The notes under the pieces are model-generated. The model searched no databases and was not told the origin of the DNA. It saw only the letters and a program-made list of their open reading frames with translations. Of a stretch of DNA of 64,000 bases, positions 17,323 through 26,473 are shown in pieces; the stretch's first letter is position 1; every line of letters begins with the position of its first letter. A program made the position numbers and the translations under genes. Source of the stretch: Terriglobia bacterium (GTDB taxonomy: Bacteria; Acidobacteriota; Polarisedimenticolia; Polarisedimenticolales; JAIQFR01); NCBI GenBank assembly GCA_963748015.1, contig CAVVHE010000008.1:192001-256000 (forward strand), in the 5' to 3' direction.

Positions 17323-19380
17323 ATGCCCGAACAGGACAGCTCGTCGGCACTGTTCGAGTCCGCGACCGAGGAAACTGTCCTCGACTACGGCCTCGGAAGG
17401 ACCGGCCCCGCTCAGGTCACCCGGCTCCGCGTGCTCGGAAGAGGGCGGGCGGCCAACGCGATCCTCGTGGACCTCCGCACCCCGGAAGGAAGCCGCAAGG
17501 TCGTCGAGAAGCACTTCGACCCGGCCGGGCTCACGAGGGGGGTCTACAAGCTCTTCTTCGGCGCGCCGTTCCCCTACGGGATCAACCAGGACTCCGCCCT
17601 TGCCTGCCTTTACCGCCGGCACGTCGCGGGCGCCTTGCTCGCCGCCGAGGAGGGGTGCAAGGTCGCCGAGGCGCTCTACGTGAGGCGGTGCCAGGCGGGG
17701 CACTGGGCCCTCGGCACGGAGTGGATCGAGGGGCGGCCCGTCGCCCCGCCGAAGCCCAGAGAGGGGCCGGAAGGCGGCGGAGCGCCCGGCGAGATGCACG
17801 GCCTCCTGCGCCAGATGCGGGCGATGGAGAAGTGCCTGATCCGGTCCGGGCTCGTCGGCAGCGGCTGGCAGGTAGCCACGGCGGCGATCGTGTCCACGGC
17901 GAACCTGTTGCGCGACGGCGGCGGCCGGTTCGTCTGCGTGGACCTCGAGTCGGGGATACCCGCGGTGCTCGCCCCCCGCTACGTGCTGATGGCGCTCTCC
18001 GGGCAGCCCTTCCCGATGTTCGACGACCTCGACGAGAAGCGGCTCCGCAAGTACCTCGACGCGCACCGGGATCGCCTGCGCGAGAGCCTGGGGGACGACG
18101 GCGTCGCTTCGCTCGACGCCTCCGCCGAGCGCTTGATCCACCACAGCCGCCTCTGGAAGCGGACCGAGATGGCGCCGGGGCGCCATCGCTCGGCACTCCT
18201 CTTCGACCGCGATCTCAGGAACACCGTGCGCACCGCCCTCGCCGAGCGCTGGCGCGACGAGCGCCGCCTGGACGAGGCGGCGGCCGAGCGCCTCCGGCGT
18301 TCGCGGCTCCTCTTCCTGAACCCCCTCGTGATGCTCGGGATGGTGCCGACCCCCGTCGGGAAGCTGTTCCACCGCCTCGCGGGGAACCGGGAGTTTCGCG
18401 CTCGCTTCTTCCGCGCGCTCGTCCATCCCGGCGTGCTCGACGCCGAGATTCGCGCGTACCAGAAGCGCCGCGCCGCGGCGTTCCTGAGGGAGCAGCGGAT
18501 TCCCGCCCGCGGCATCGACCGCCTGACGCACGGCCTGATCTCGCTGTTCCCGTTCCTGGTCCACAACACGTGCGCGGCGATCCTCCCGCCCCGGTTCCAC
18601 CGCTACCTGTCCGATTGGGGAGAGCTGGGCGCGGCGATGAAGTTCGCGGTGCTCGCCCTCTTCTCGGAGAGGATCCAGGAGCACCTGGCCTACTCGTTCG
18701 TCGAGGGGGCCGCGCGGAAGTGGAAGGGGCTCGGCCGGCTCGACGAGGCGGGGCGAGAGGCTCTGATCGGGGAGATACGCGGGCGCGAGGCGTCGGAGTA
18801 CGCGCGGGGCTTCGGGATGCACCTTGCGCTCAAGTTCTTCGAGCCGGTGACGAGCGGGCTCAAGGCGATCGGCGTCGGGATGCTCCTCGTGTCGCCCTAC
18901 AACCCGGTCGGGTGGGCCCTCATCGTCAACACGTCCTTCTTCCGCGTGATGATCACCGCCTACCGCTGGTTCCGTGGGCGCGGCACCGGCACCTCGTACG
19001 CGGTGGCGTTCGTGATCAGCCCGATCCCCGTCTTCGGGACGCTGGCTTTCCCGTTCCAGTTCTATCACCGCAGGCCGTGGCTCGGGCGTTTCCTGATCCG
19101 CAGCTCGATGTCCACCGTGGCCGGGGCGGTCCCCATCTACGGGGGGACCGCGACCCGCCTCGAGCACGGGCTGGTCCGGCTCGCGACCCCGCTGACCGCG
19201 ATCGTCGCGACGATCGTCTGGCCGCTCAAGTGGCTCGGGAGAAAGGGGCCCTCCGTGTTGGCCGAAGAGCACGATGCCCCGCCACCGAACCGTGGCGGCC
19301 TCCTCGGGTCGCAGATCGACCGCGCGATCGAGTGGATGTCCCGAACGGAGGACCGGCCGGATCCCTGTCTCAAGGCCTGA
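17323..19380 (+). CDS. Hypothetical protein with kinase-like N-terminus and hydrophobic C-terminal segments
   Basis: 685-aa ORF with host-like codon usage; LGRGRAA, VVEKHF and STANLL...VDLESG motifs. Confidence 0.65.
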   Translation: MPEQDSSSALFESATEETVLDYGLGRTGPAQVTRLRVLGRGRAANAILVDLRTPEGSRKVVEKHFDPAGLTRGVYKLFFGAPFPYGINQDSALACLYRRHVAGALLAAEEGCKVAEALYVRRCQAGHWALGTEWIEGRPVAPPKPREGPEGGGAPGEMHGLLRQMRAMEKCLIRSGLVGSGWQVATAAIVSTANLLRDGGGRFVCVDLESGIPAVLAPRYVLMALSGQPFPMFDDLDEKRLRKYLDAHRDRLRESLGDDGVASLDASAERLIHHSRLWKRTEMAPGRHRSALLFDRDLRNTVRTALAERWRDERRLDEAAAERLRRSRLLFLNPLVMLGMVPTPVGKLFHRLAGNREFRARFFRALVHPGVLDAEIRAYQKRRAAAFLREQRIPARGIDRLTHGLISLFPFLVHNTCAAILPPRFHRYLSDWGELGAAMKFAVLALFSERIQEHLAYSFVEGAARKWKGLGRLDEAGREALIGEIRGREASEYARGFGMHLALKFFEPVTSGLKAIGVGMLLVSPYNPVGWALIVNTSFFRVMITAYRWFRGRGTGTSYAVAFVISPIPVFGTLAFPFQFYHRRPWLGRFLIRSSMSTVAGAVPIYGGTATRLEHGLVRLATPLTAIVATIVWPLKWLGRKGPSVLAEEHDAPPPNRGGLLGSQIDRAIEWMSRTEDRPDPCLKA

Positions 19381-19451
19381 ACGACGCCCCGCTTGTTACA
19401 TTCTCGTGACAATGGTAAAACGCCCCTCTCGGCAAGGGAGGACCATCGGTC

Positions 19452-20084
19452 ATGCGCTTCATTCCAAGGAAGGTAGAGTTCTACACGCTCCTCGAGCAGC
19501 AGGCCGAGAACACGCTGAAGGGAGCCCGCCTCCTCCAGAAGTGCTTCGAGGAGTTCGACGCCGAGGGCGGGGTCTACCTCGCCGCCAAGGAGATCCACGA
19601 CGTCGAGCACGCGGGCGACGACCTCGTCCACAAGACCCTCGACCTCCTGAACCGGACCTTCATCACTCCCCTCGACCGCGAGGACATCTACGCCCTGACG
19701 GGGCGTCTCGACGACGTGCTGGACTTCGTGGACCAGGTGGCGAAGAGGCTCGTGACGTTCCAGATCCAGAAGCCGACGCCGCACGCCATCGAGCTGAGCC
19801 GGATCATCACCCGGGCGGCGGAAGAGGTCGTCAAGGGCGTGCGGATGCTCCGCAACCTGAAGGACGGAGAGGTGCTCCTCAAGCAGTGCGTCCGCATCAA
19901 CCAGCTCGAGGAGGACGCCGACCAGGTCGCCCGGGACGCCCTGACCATGCTCTTCAAGGACCACAGCAACGACCCGATGGAAGTCATCAAGTGGAAGGAC
20001 CTCTACGAGCACCTCGAGGTGGCGACCGACAAGGCCGAAGACGTCGCCAACGTCCTCGAGACCGTTCTCGTGAAGTACACGTAG
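19452..20084 (+). CDS. DUF47 / PhoU-like phosphate transport regulator
   Basis: EHAGD, LNRTFITPLDREDI, LEEDAD and IKWKDLYEHLE motifs; upstream of pit. Confidence 0.92.
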   Translation: MRFIPRKVEFYTLLEQQAENTLKGARLLQKCFEEFDAEGGVYLAAKEIHDVEHAGDDLVHKTLDLLNRTFITPLDREDIYALTGRLDDVLDFVDQVAKRLVTFQIQKPTPHAIELSRIITRAAEEVVKGVRMLRNLKDGEVLLKQCVRINQLEEDADQVARDALTMLFKDHSNDPMEVIKWKDLYEHLEVATDKAEDVANVLETVLVKYT

Positions 20085-20130
20085 GCCCAATCCACCGGCC
20101 GAGACGGACGCGAGCCCCTGGAGCCGCCGA

Positions 20131-21192
20131 GTGTTCTCCCAATTTCTTCAAGATCTGGCGCTGATCGCGTCCAACCCGTACATCCTGTTGATCGTCCTGA
20201 TCGCGCTGGCGTTCGATTTCGTCAACGGCTTCCACGACGCCGCCAACTCGATCGCCACGATCGTCGGGACCCGGGTCCTTTCCCCGGCCTACGCCGTGAT
20301 CTGGGCGGCCTGGTGGAACTTCGCCGCCGCCTGGTTCTTCGGGGTGTACGTGGCGAACACGGTGGCCAAGTGGGTCTATCCCGAGTTCGTCAACCCGGAG
20401 GTGATCCTCGCAGGCCTTCTCGGCGCGGTCGCCTGGGACCTGATCACCTGGCACTGGGGGCTGCCGACGAGCTCGTCCCACGCGCTGCTCGGCGGATTCG
20501 GCGGCGCCGCGATGGCCTACGCGGGCAAGTCGGAAGGGGTGATGCACGCGGGCAAGGTGATCGCCACCGTGGAGTTCATCGTCATCGCGCCCCTGATCGG
20601 CTTCGCGCTCGCCCTCCTGTTCGTGACGATTCTGATCCGCGTGCTCTGGAAGGCCACGTCGGCGGGGGTAGACAAGTACTTCCGCGGGATCCAACTCGTG
20701 TCCGCGGCGGCGTACAGCCTCGGCCACGGGACGAACGATGCCCAGAAGACCATGGGGATCATCGCCGCGCTCCTCTACGCAAGCGTCTGGAAGGGGCAGC
20801 AGTCCTCTTTCGAGCGCGGGAACATCGAGTTCCCTTTCTGGATCGTTCTCGTCTGCCATCTCGCGATCGCCCTCGGCACCATGGCCGGGGGATGGCGGAT
20901 CGTCAAGACGATGGGGATGAAGATCACCAAGCTGAAGCCTTACGGCGGGGCCTGCGCGGAGACCGCCGCGGCCGTCTCGCTGTTCATGTCGGCGAAGCTC
21001 GGAATCCCCGTCAGCACGACCCACACCATCACGGGAGCGATCATCGGCGTCGGCGCCGTCCAGCGACTCTCCGCGGTTCGCTGGGGGATCGCCCGCCGCG
21101 TGATCTGGGCCTGGGTGTTCACGATCCCCGCATCGGGCGCGATGGGGGCGCTCGGCTACTGGGCCATCGCCGCGATCCGCTCGCGTTTCTGA
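20131..21192 (+). CDS. pit: Inorganic phosphate transporter, PiT family
   Basis: NGFHDAANSIAT, GLPTSSSHA, HGTNDAQKTMG and PVSTTH motifs. Confidence 0.95.
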   Translation: MFSQFLQDLALIASNPYILLIVLIALAFDFVNGFHDAANSIATIVGTRVLSPAYAVIWAAWWNFAAAWFFGVYVANTVAKWVYPEFVNPEVILAGLLGAVAWDLITWHWGLPTSSSHALLGGFGGAAMAYAGKSEGVMHAGKVIATVEFIVIAPLIGFALALLFVTILIRVLWKATSAGVDKYFRGIQLVSAAAYSLGHGTNDAQKTMGIIAALLYASVWKGQQSSFERGNIEFPFWIVLVCHLAIALGTMAGGWRIVKTMGMKITKLKPYGGACAETAAAVSLFMSAKLGIPVSTTHTITGAIIGVGAVQRLSAVRWGIARRVIWAWVFTIPASGAMGALGYWAIAAIRSRF

Positions 21193-21238
21193 CGGCGGTC
21201 CGGGCGGGTTGCCGGCGCCTCTCGCCCCGGAGGCGACC

Positions 21239-22735
21239 ATGAACGACGGAAAAGAGCCCACCCCCGCGCAGCTCGGACTCGGCGACATGGACCCGGGCGA
21301 GTTCCGCGCGGCAGCCCACCGCGTGGCCGACCTGGTCGCGGACTACCTCGAGGGAATCGGCTCGCGTCCCGTCTTTCCGGCCGTGAAACCCGGGGAGGTC
21401 CGAAGCGCGCTCCCGCAGGCGCCGCCCCTGGAGCCGGAGCCGCTGGACGCGATCCTGGCCGACTACCTGCGCCTGATCGAGCCGAACCTCACGCACTGGC
21501 AGCACCCGGGCTTCATGGCCTACTTCACGAGCGTCGCGTCGGGGCCGGGGATCCTGGGCGAGTGGATCGCCGCCAGCCTCAACTCGAACGTGATGTTCTG
21601 GAGGGTCTCGCCGGCGTCCACCGAGCTCGAGCAGACGGTGGTCGGCTGGCTCCGGCAGATGCTCGGGCTGCCCGGCGAGTTCGACGGGATGTTCATGGAC
21701 ACGGCGTCCATGTCCACGCTGACCTCGGTGCTCGCCGCGCGGCACGTCCTCCCCGGGCTCGACGCGCGGGACGAGGGGCTGGCGGGACGGCCGGGGACGG
21801 GCCGTCTCCGCCTCTACTGCTCCACCGAGACGCACTCCTCGATCGAGAAGGCGGCGATCGCGGCGGGGGTGGGGCGCGCGGGGGTGAGGAAGATCCCTGT
21901 GGACGGCGAGTTCCGCATGCGCGCCGACCTGTTGGGGAGCGCGATCGCCGAGGACCGCGCGGCCGGGTGGTGGCCGTTCTGCGCCGTCGCCACGCTCGGC
22001 ACGACGTCGTCCACCAGCGTCGATCCGGCGGCCGAGATCGCGTCGATCTGCGAGCGGGAGCGCATCTGGCTCCACGTGGACGCGGCCTACGGCGGCGCCG
22101 CGGCGCTCGTTCCGGAGATGCGGCCGCTGTTCTCGGGGTGGGAGCGCGCGGATTCCATCGTGGTCAACCCGCACAAGTGGATGTTCACGCCGTTCGACGC
22201 GTCCCTCCTCCTGTTCCGCCGGCCGGACGTGTACCGCGAGGCGTTCCGCATCGTCCCCGAGTACCTGCGCACCCCCGAGGGGGAGAGCGCGCGCAACTTC
22301 AACGAGTACGGGATCCAGCTCGGCCGCCGCTTCCGCGCGCTGAAGATGTGGATGCACGTTCGCTGGTTCGGCGCGGACGGGATGGCGAGGCGGATCCGCG
22401 AGCACTGCCGGCAGGCCCGCGAGCTGGCCTCGTGGGTCGACGCCGACCCGGACTGGGAGCGGCTCGCCCCAGTACCGTTTTCGACCGTCTGTCTGCGTTA
22501 CCGTCCGCAGGCCACCGTCACGGGCGGGGGAGGACCGGACGCCGAGGCGCGCCTCGAGGCGCTGAACGAGGCGATCCTCGAGCGGGTGAACCGCTCCGGC
22601 AAGATCTTCCTCTCGCACACGAAGCTCGCCGGCCGCTACACGATCCGAGTCACCCTCGGCAACCCGCGCTCGAGCGCCGGCCACGTCCGCCTCTGCTGGG
22701 ATCTCCTCCGCGACGCCGCCCGGTCCGTCCGCTAA
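21239..22735 (+). CDS. Group II PLP-dependent (aromatic L-amino-acid-type) decarboxylase
   Basis: THWQHPGFMAYF, SPASTELE, WLHVDAAYGG, NPHKW and LGRRFRALK motifs. Confidence 0.92.
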   Translation: MNDGKEPTPAQLGLGDMDPGEFRAAAHRVADLVADYLEGIGSRPVFPAVKPGEVRSALPQAPPLEPEPLDAILADYLRLIEPNLTHWQHPGFMAYFTSVASGPGILGEWIAASLNSNVMFWRVSPASTELEQTVVGWLRQMLGLPGEFDGMFMDTASMSTLTSVLAARHVLPGLDARDEGLAGRPGTGRLRLYCSTETHSSIEKAAIAAGVGRAGVRKIPVDGEFRMRADLLGSAIAEDRAAGWWPFCAVATLGTTSSTSVDPAAEIASICERERIWLHVDAAYGGAAALVPEMRPLFSGWERADSIVVNPHKWMFTPFDASLLLFRRPDVYREAFRIVPEYLRTPEGESARNFNEYGIQLGRRFRALKMWMHVRWFGADGMARRIREHCRQARELASWVDADPDWERLAPVPFSTVCLRYRPQATVTGGGGPDAEARLEALNEAILERVNRSGKIFLSHTKLAGRYTIRVTLGNPRSSAGHVRLCWDLLRDAARSVR

Positions 22736-22765
22736 CCACTCGTCCTCGCGCGGCTACGTCCCCGT

Positions 22766-22957
22766 CGCGGTTCACGCGGGTGGGGTCCCTCGCGGCGACG
22801 ATGCCCGAGGCGACGGGGACCCCTGCACGGCCGCGCGAAGGGTCGAGCGCGATGGCGCTAGGATCTGCGCCATCGCGCTTGCTCGACCCTTTGCGCGGCC
22901 GATGCGGGTCGTCGCCGAGGGATGTCGCCGCGAGGGACCCCACCCGCGTGAACCGCG
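22766..22957. repeat. 192-bp palindromic element with perfect 34-bp outer inverted repeats
   Basis: 22766-22799 is the exact reverse complement of 22924-22957; the interior also pairs. Confidence 0.9.
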
Positions 22958-22988
22958 GCCGCCAACCACGATCGAGTAACGGCGAGGG

Positions 22989-23252
22989 TCAGCGAGACGA
23001 GCCGGGCGATTTCGGGGTGCCGGGGAAGAATCGAGCGAGGGCGAGCGCGATCAGCGTCCAGGCGAAGATCGCGACGCCCAGGCCGAGGCCGTAGGTAATG
23101 AAGAACCCGTGGGCCGTGCTGCGGTTGAAGTCCGTGATCACCGCGGGCGGGACGGTCTTGTTGAAGAGCCCGAAGAACCACTGGGCCGCGATCAGGCCCA
23201 GGACGACGCTTCCCAGGGCGGCCAGCACGATCCCGATCAGTCGCTTCGACAT
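22989..23252 (-). CDS. Small two-TM membrane protein
   Basis: MSKRLIGIVLAALG..., 87 aa, GAGGAGGA RBS; directly downstream of the E1 gene. Confidence 0.7.
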   Translation of the reverse strand: MSKRLIGIVLAALGSVVLGLIAAQWFFGLFNKTVPPAVITDFNRSTAHGFFITYGLGLGVAIFAWTLIALALARFFPGTPKSPGSSR

Positions 23253-23266
23253 GCGGTCCTCCTCGT

Positions 23267-25300
23267 TCACCAGCGAGCGAGCTCGCGGACGGCGTTCGTG
23301 ACGTCTTCCTGCGAGGGAAGGATAGCCGCCTCGAGGGACGGAGCGTAGGGCGGGAAGCAGTCCTTCGCGGCGACGCGCCGGACGGGGGCGTCGAGGTCGG
23401 CGAAGCAGCGGTCGGCGATCCGCGCCGCGATCTCGCCCCCGAATCCGCCGGTGAGGTTCGCCTCGTGGACCACGATGGCCTTCCCGGTCTTGCGGACCGA
23501 CGCGAACACGGCCTCCTCGTCGAGCGGGACCAGCGTGCGGAGGTCGATCACCTCCACGGAGAACCCGTCCTTCTCGAGCTCCGCCGCGGCCCGCTCGCAG
23601 CGGACGACGCCGCTGCCCCAGGTGATCGCGGTGAGATCGGTTCCGGGGCGCGCGATCCTGGCCTTGCCGAACGGGAGGAGCCACTCGGGGTCCGGCTCCG
23701 GCGACTTCGAGAACACCTGCCGGTAGAGCCCCTTGTGCTCGAAGAAGATCACCGGGTCCTCCATGCGGCACGCGGTCTTGATCAGCCCCTTGGCGTCGGC
23801 CGCGTTCGAGGGATACGCCACGTACCACCCCGGGGTGTGCGCGTAGAGGGCCTCGGGGCTCTGGCTGTGGAACGGCCCGCCGCGGATGTAGCCGCCCGTG
23901 GCCATGCGCACGACGACCGGGGCGGACCAGGCCCCGCCGCTCCGCCAGCGCAGCGTCGAGATCTCGTTCCGGATCTGCATGTAGGCAGGATAGGAGTAGT
24001 CGGAGAACTGGATCTCGACGACCGGCTTGTAGCCGCCGATCGCCATCCCCTGAGCGACGCCGACGATCGACGCCTCGGCGAGAGGGGAGTTCTCCACGCG
24101 CTTCGGGAAGGCGTCGGTGAGGCCGCGGGTGACGCCGAAGACCCCTCCCTTCGGGTCCTGCACGTCCTCGCCCCACATCACCAGCCTCGGGTTCCGCTCC
24201 ATCTCCTCGCGGAGGCCGTGGTTGATGGCGTCCACCATCGTGACCGGGTCCTTCGAGACCGGCGTCGGCGCGCGGTCGGGGGCCGCGGGGAAGCGGCCGG
24301 AGAAGATGTGAAGAGCGGCCGTCGCGGGATCGGGGGCCGCCGCGGCGTCGGCCTCCTCGGCGGCGGCGTCCACCTCGGCCTTCACCTCCTCGTGGAGCTG
24401 CCGGATCCGGTCCTCGGTGATGAGCCCCCAGGAGAGGAGCCGGCCCGCGGTGTAGGTCATCGGGTCGTCGTGCCGCATGTTCTCGAGCTCGTCCTCGTTC
24501 CGGTACTTCGCCTGGTCGTCCGAGGAGGAATGGGAGTCGAGCCGGATCGCGTGCGCCTCGACGAGCAGCGGACCGCCCCCCTTGCGCATCGCGGCGATCA
24601 GCGGCTTCACCTCGAGGTACATGTCCGTGAACCGCGTGCCGTCCACCTCGAGGCCGTGGACCGGGAATCCCTCCGCGATCTGGTGGATGTGCCCGCCTGT
24701 CTGCTGCGCCTGCGGCACGCTGATCGCGTAGCCGTTGTTCTGGATCACGAAGAGAACCGGCAGCTTCTCGCGGCCGGCGTAGTTGAGCGCCTCGAAGAAC
24801 TCTCCCTCGGAGGTCGCCCCCTCGCCCGACGAAACGTAGACCACCTCGCCGCCGCCGTCCGCCTTGATCGCCTTCGCCATGCCGACCGCCGCGAGGTACT
24901 GGGTTCCGGTGCAGGCCGTCGGGGAGACGACGCGGAGGGCGGGGCTCGAGAAGTGCTCGCTCATGTTCCGGCCGCCCCCCGACGGGTCGTCGGCCTTGGA
25001 GAGCATGTGCAGGAAGATGTCCCGGAGGGGCATGCCGAGGCCGATCATCAACCCCTTCTCCCGGTAGTAGGGGAACACCCAGTCCTTCCCGGGCGCGAGG
25101 AGCATGGACATCGCGATCTGGATCTTCTCGTGCCCGCGGCAGGAAGCGTGGAACGAGACCTTCCCCGCCCGCACGAAGAGCTTGCACCGCTCCTCGAGGT
25201 AGTAGACCGCGAGCATCTTCCGGAAGAGGTCGAGGTAGATCTCCTTCGCCACCCCCGGCTTCCGCCCCTTCGCCGGCGCCGCCGCTTTCCTGGTCGTCAT
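23267..25300 (-). CDS. 2-oxoacid (probably 2-oxoisovalerate) dehydrogenase E1, fused alpha+beta
   Basis: PYYRE, TPP motif GEGATSEG...NNGYAIS, HSSSDD, GEDV..GGVFGVT and FFEHKGLY. Confidence 0.93.
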   Translation of the reverse strand: MTTRKAAAPAKGRKPGVAKEIYLDLFRKMLAVYYLEERCKLFVRAGKVSFHASCRGHEKIQIAMSMLLAPGKDWVFPYYREKGLMIGLGMPLRDIFLHMLSKADDPSGGGRNMSEHFSSPALRVVSPTACTGTQYLAAVGMAKAIKADGGGEVVYVSSGEGATSEGEFFEALNYAGREKLPVLFVIQNNGYAISVPQAQQTGGHIHQIAEGFPVHGLEVDGTRFTDMYLEVKPLIAAMRKGGGPLLVEAHAIRLDSHSSSDDQAKYRNEDELENMRHDDPMTYTAGRLLSWGLITEDRIRQLHEEVKAEVDAAAEEADAAAAPDPATAALHIFSGRFPAAPDRAPTPVSKDPVTMVDAINHGLREEMERNPRLVMWGEDVQDPKGGVFGVTRGLTDAFPKRVENSPLAEASIVGVAQGMAIGGYKPVVEIQFSDYSYPAYMQIRNEISTLRWRSGGAWSAPVVVRMATGGYIRGGPFHSQSPEALYAHTPGWYVAYPSNAADAKGLIKTACRMEDPVIFFEHKGLYRQVFSKSPEPDPEWLLPFGKARIARPGTDLTAITWGSGVVRCERAAAELEKDGFSVEVIDLRTLVPLDEEAVFASVRKTGKAIVVHEANLTGGFGGEIAARIADRCFADLDAPVRRVAAKDCFPPYAPSLEAAILPSQEDVTNAVRELARW

Positions 25301-25430
25301 GGCACCTCTCCCCGCTGAAAAGGGACACAGTTTGACCGATTTACCCCCCCGCGGCAATACGGGTTGCCGCGTGCGCATGGCGCGTGCGAGACTTACGTTT
25401 TCGGCCTGCGAATCGCGAGGAGGTCCACCC

Positions 25431-26393
25431 GTGAGCAACGGCGCCAATGTTCCGATCGTTCTCGTCGCGATGGGCGGTCACGCGTTCATGCAGAAGGGAG
25501 AGAAGGGGACGATCGAGGACCACGAGCGGAACGCCGAGAGGATCGCCAGCCTGCTCATGACGCTGGTGGACCGGGGCTATCACCTGGTCATCACCCACGG
25601 GAACGGTCCTCAGGTCGGGAACCTCCTGATCCAGCACGAGATGGCGAAGGACGAAGTCCCGCCGATGCCCCTCGACGTGCTGGTCGCGATGACCGAGGGG
25701 AGTCTCGGCTACATCCTTCAGCAGTCGCTTCTGAACCAGCTACGGAACAAGCAGCTGCGGCGGTACGTCGTCACCGTGGTGACGCAGGTTCTCGTGGACG
25801 AGAACGACCCGGCTTTCCAGGATCCCTCGAAGCCGATCGGTCCCTTCTTGAGCAAGGAGGAGGCGGAGCGGCGGCGCGACGCGCTGGGTTGGCGGATCCG
25901 CGAGGACTCCGGCCGCGGGTGGCGGCGGCTCGTTCCTTCGCCCCGTCCCCTCAAGGTCATCCAGCGGCACATGATCCGCGACACGGCCCGTGCCGGTCAC
26001 ATCGTGGTCGCTTGCGGCGGCGGCGGCATCCCGATCAAGAAGGAGGCCAGCGGTCAGTACGGCGGGATCGAGGCCGTGATCGACAAGGATCTCACGTCGA
26101 GCGTGCTGGCGACGGACATCGGCGCGGCGCTGCTGGTGATCCTGACCGCCGTACCGCAGGTGTACGTGAATTTCGGCAAGCCCGATCAGCAGGCGCTCGG
26201 GGCCGTCACCCTCGAGGAGCTGGAGCGGCTCCAGGCCGAAGGGCACTTCCCCCCGGGGAGCATGGGCCCCAAGATCGAGGCGGTGATGCACTATCTCCGC
26301 GAAGGGGGCCGCCGCGCCCTGATCACCAACCCGGAGAGCCTCCCCCTCGCCATCGAAGGCCGAGCCGGCACCCACTTCGTCGGCAAGATCTGA
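25431..26393 (+). CDS. arcC: Carbamate kinase
   Basis: THGNGPQVG, PSKPIGPF, GWRRLVPSP, EAVIDKD and GSMGPKI motifs. Confidence 0.95.
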   Translation: MSNGANVPIVLVAMGGHAFMQKGEKGTIEDHERNAERIASLLMTLVDRGYHLVITHGNGPQVGNLLIQHEMAKDEVPPMPLDVLVAMTEGSLGYILQQSLLNQLRNKQLRRYVVTVVTQVLVDENDPAFQDPSKPIGPFLSKEEAERRRDALGWRIREDSGRGWRRLVPSPRPLKVIQRHMIRDTARAGHIVVACGGGGIPIKKEASGQYGGIEAVIDKDLTSSVLATDIGAALLVILTAVPQVYVNFGKPDQQALGAVTLEELERLQAEGHFPPGSMGPKIEAVMHYLREGGRRALITNPESLPLAIEGRAGTHFVGKI

Positions 26394-26473
26394 TTCCCGC
26401 CGGCGCGAGCCGGCGGCGTCGCAGCGCGAAAGCTGTTACGCTGGTCACGTCTGACCCCAAGTGGAGGCGGCCC

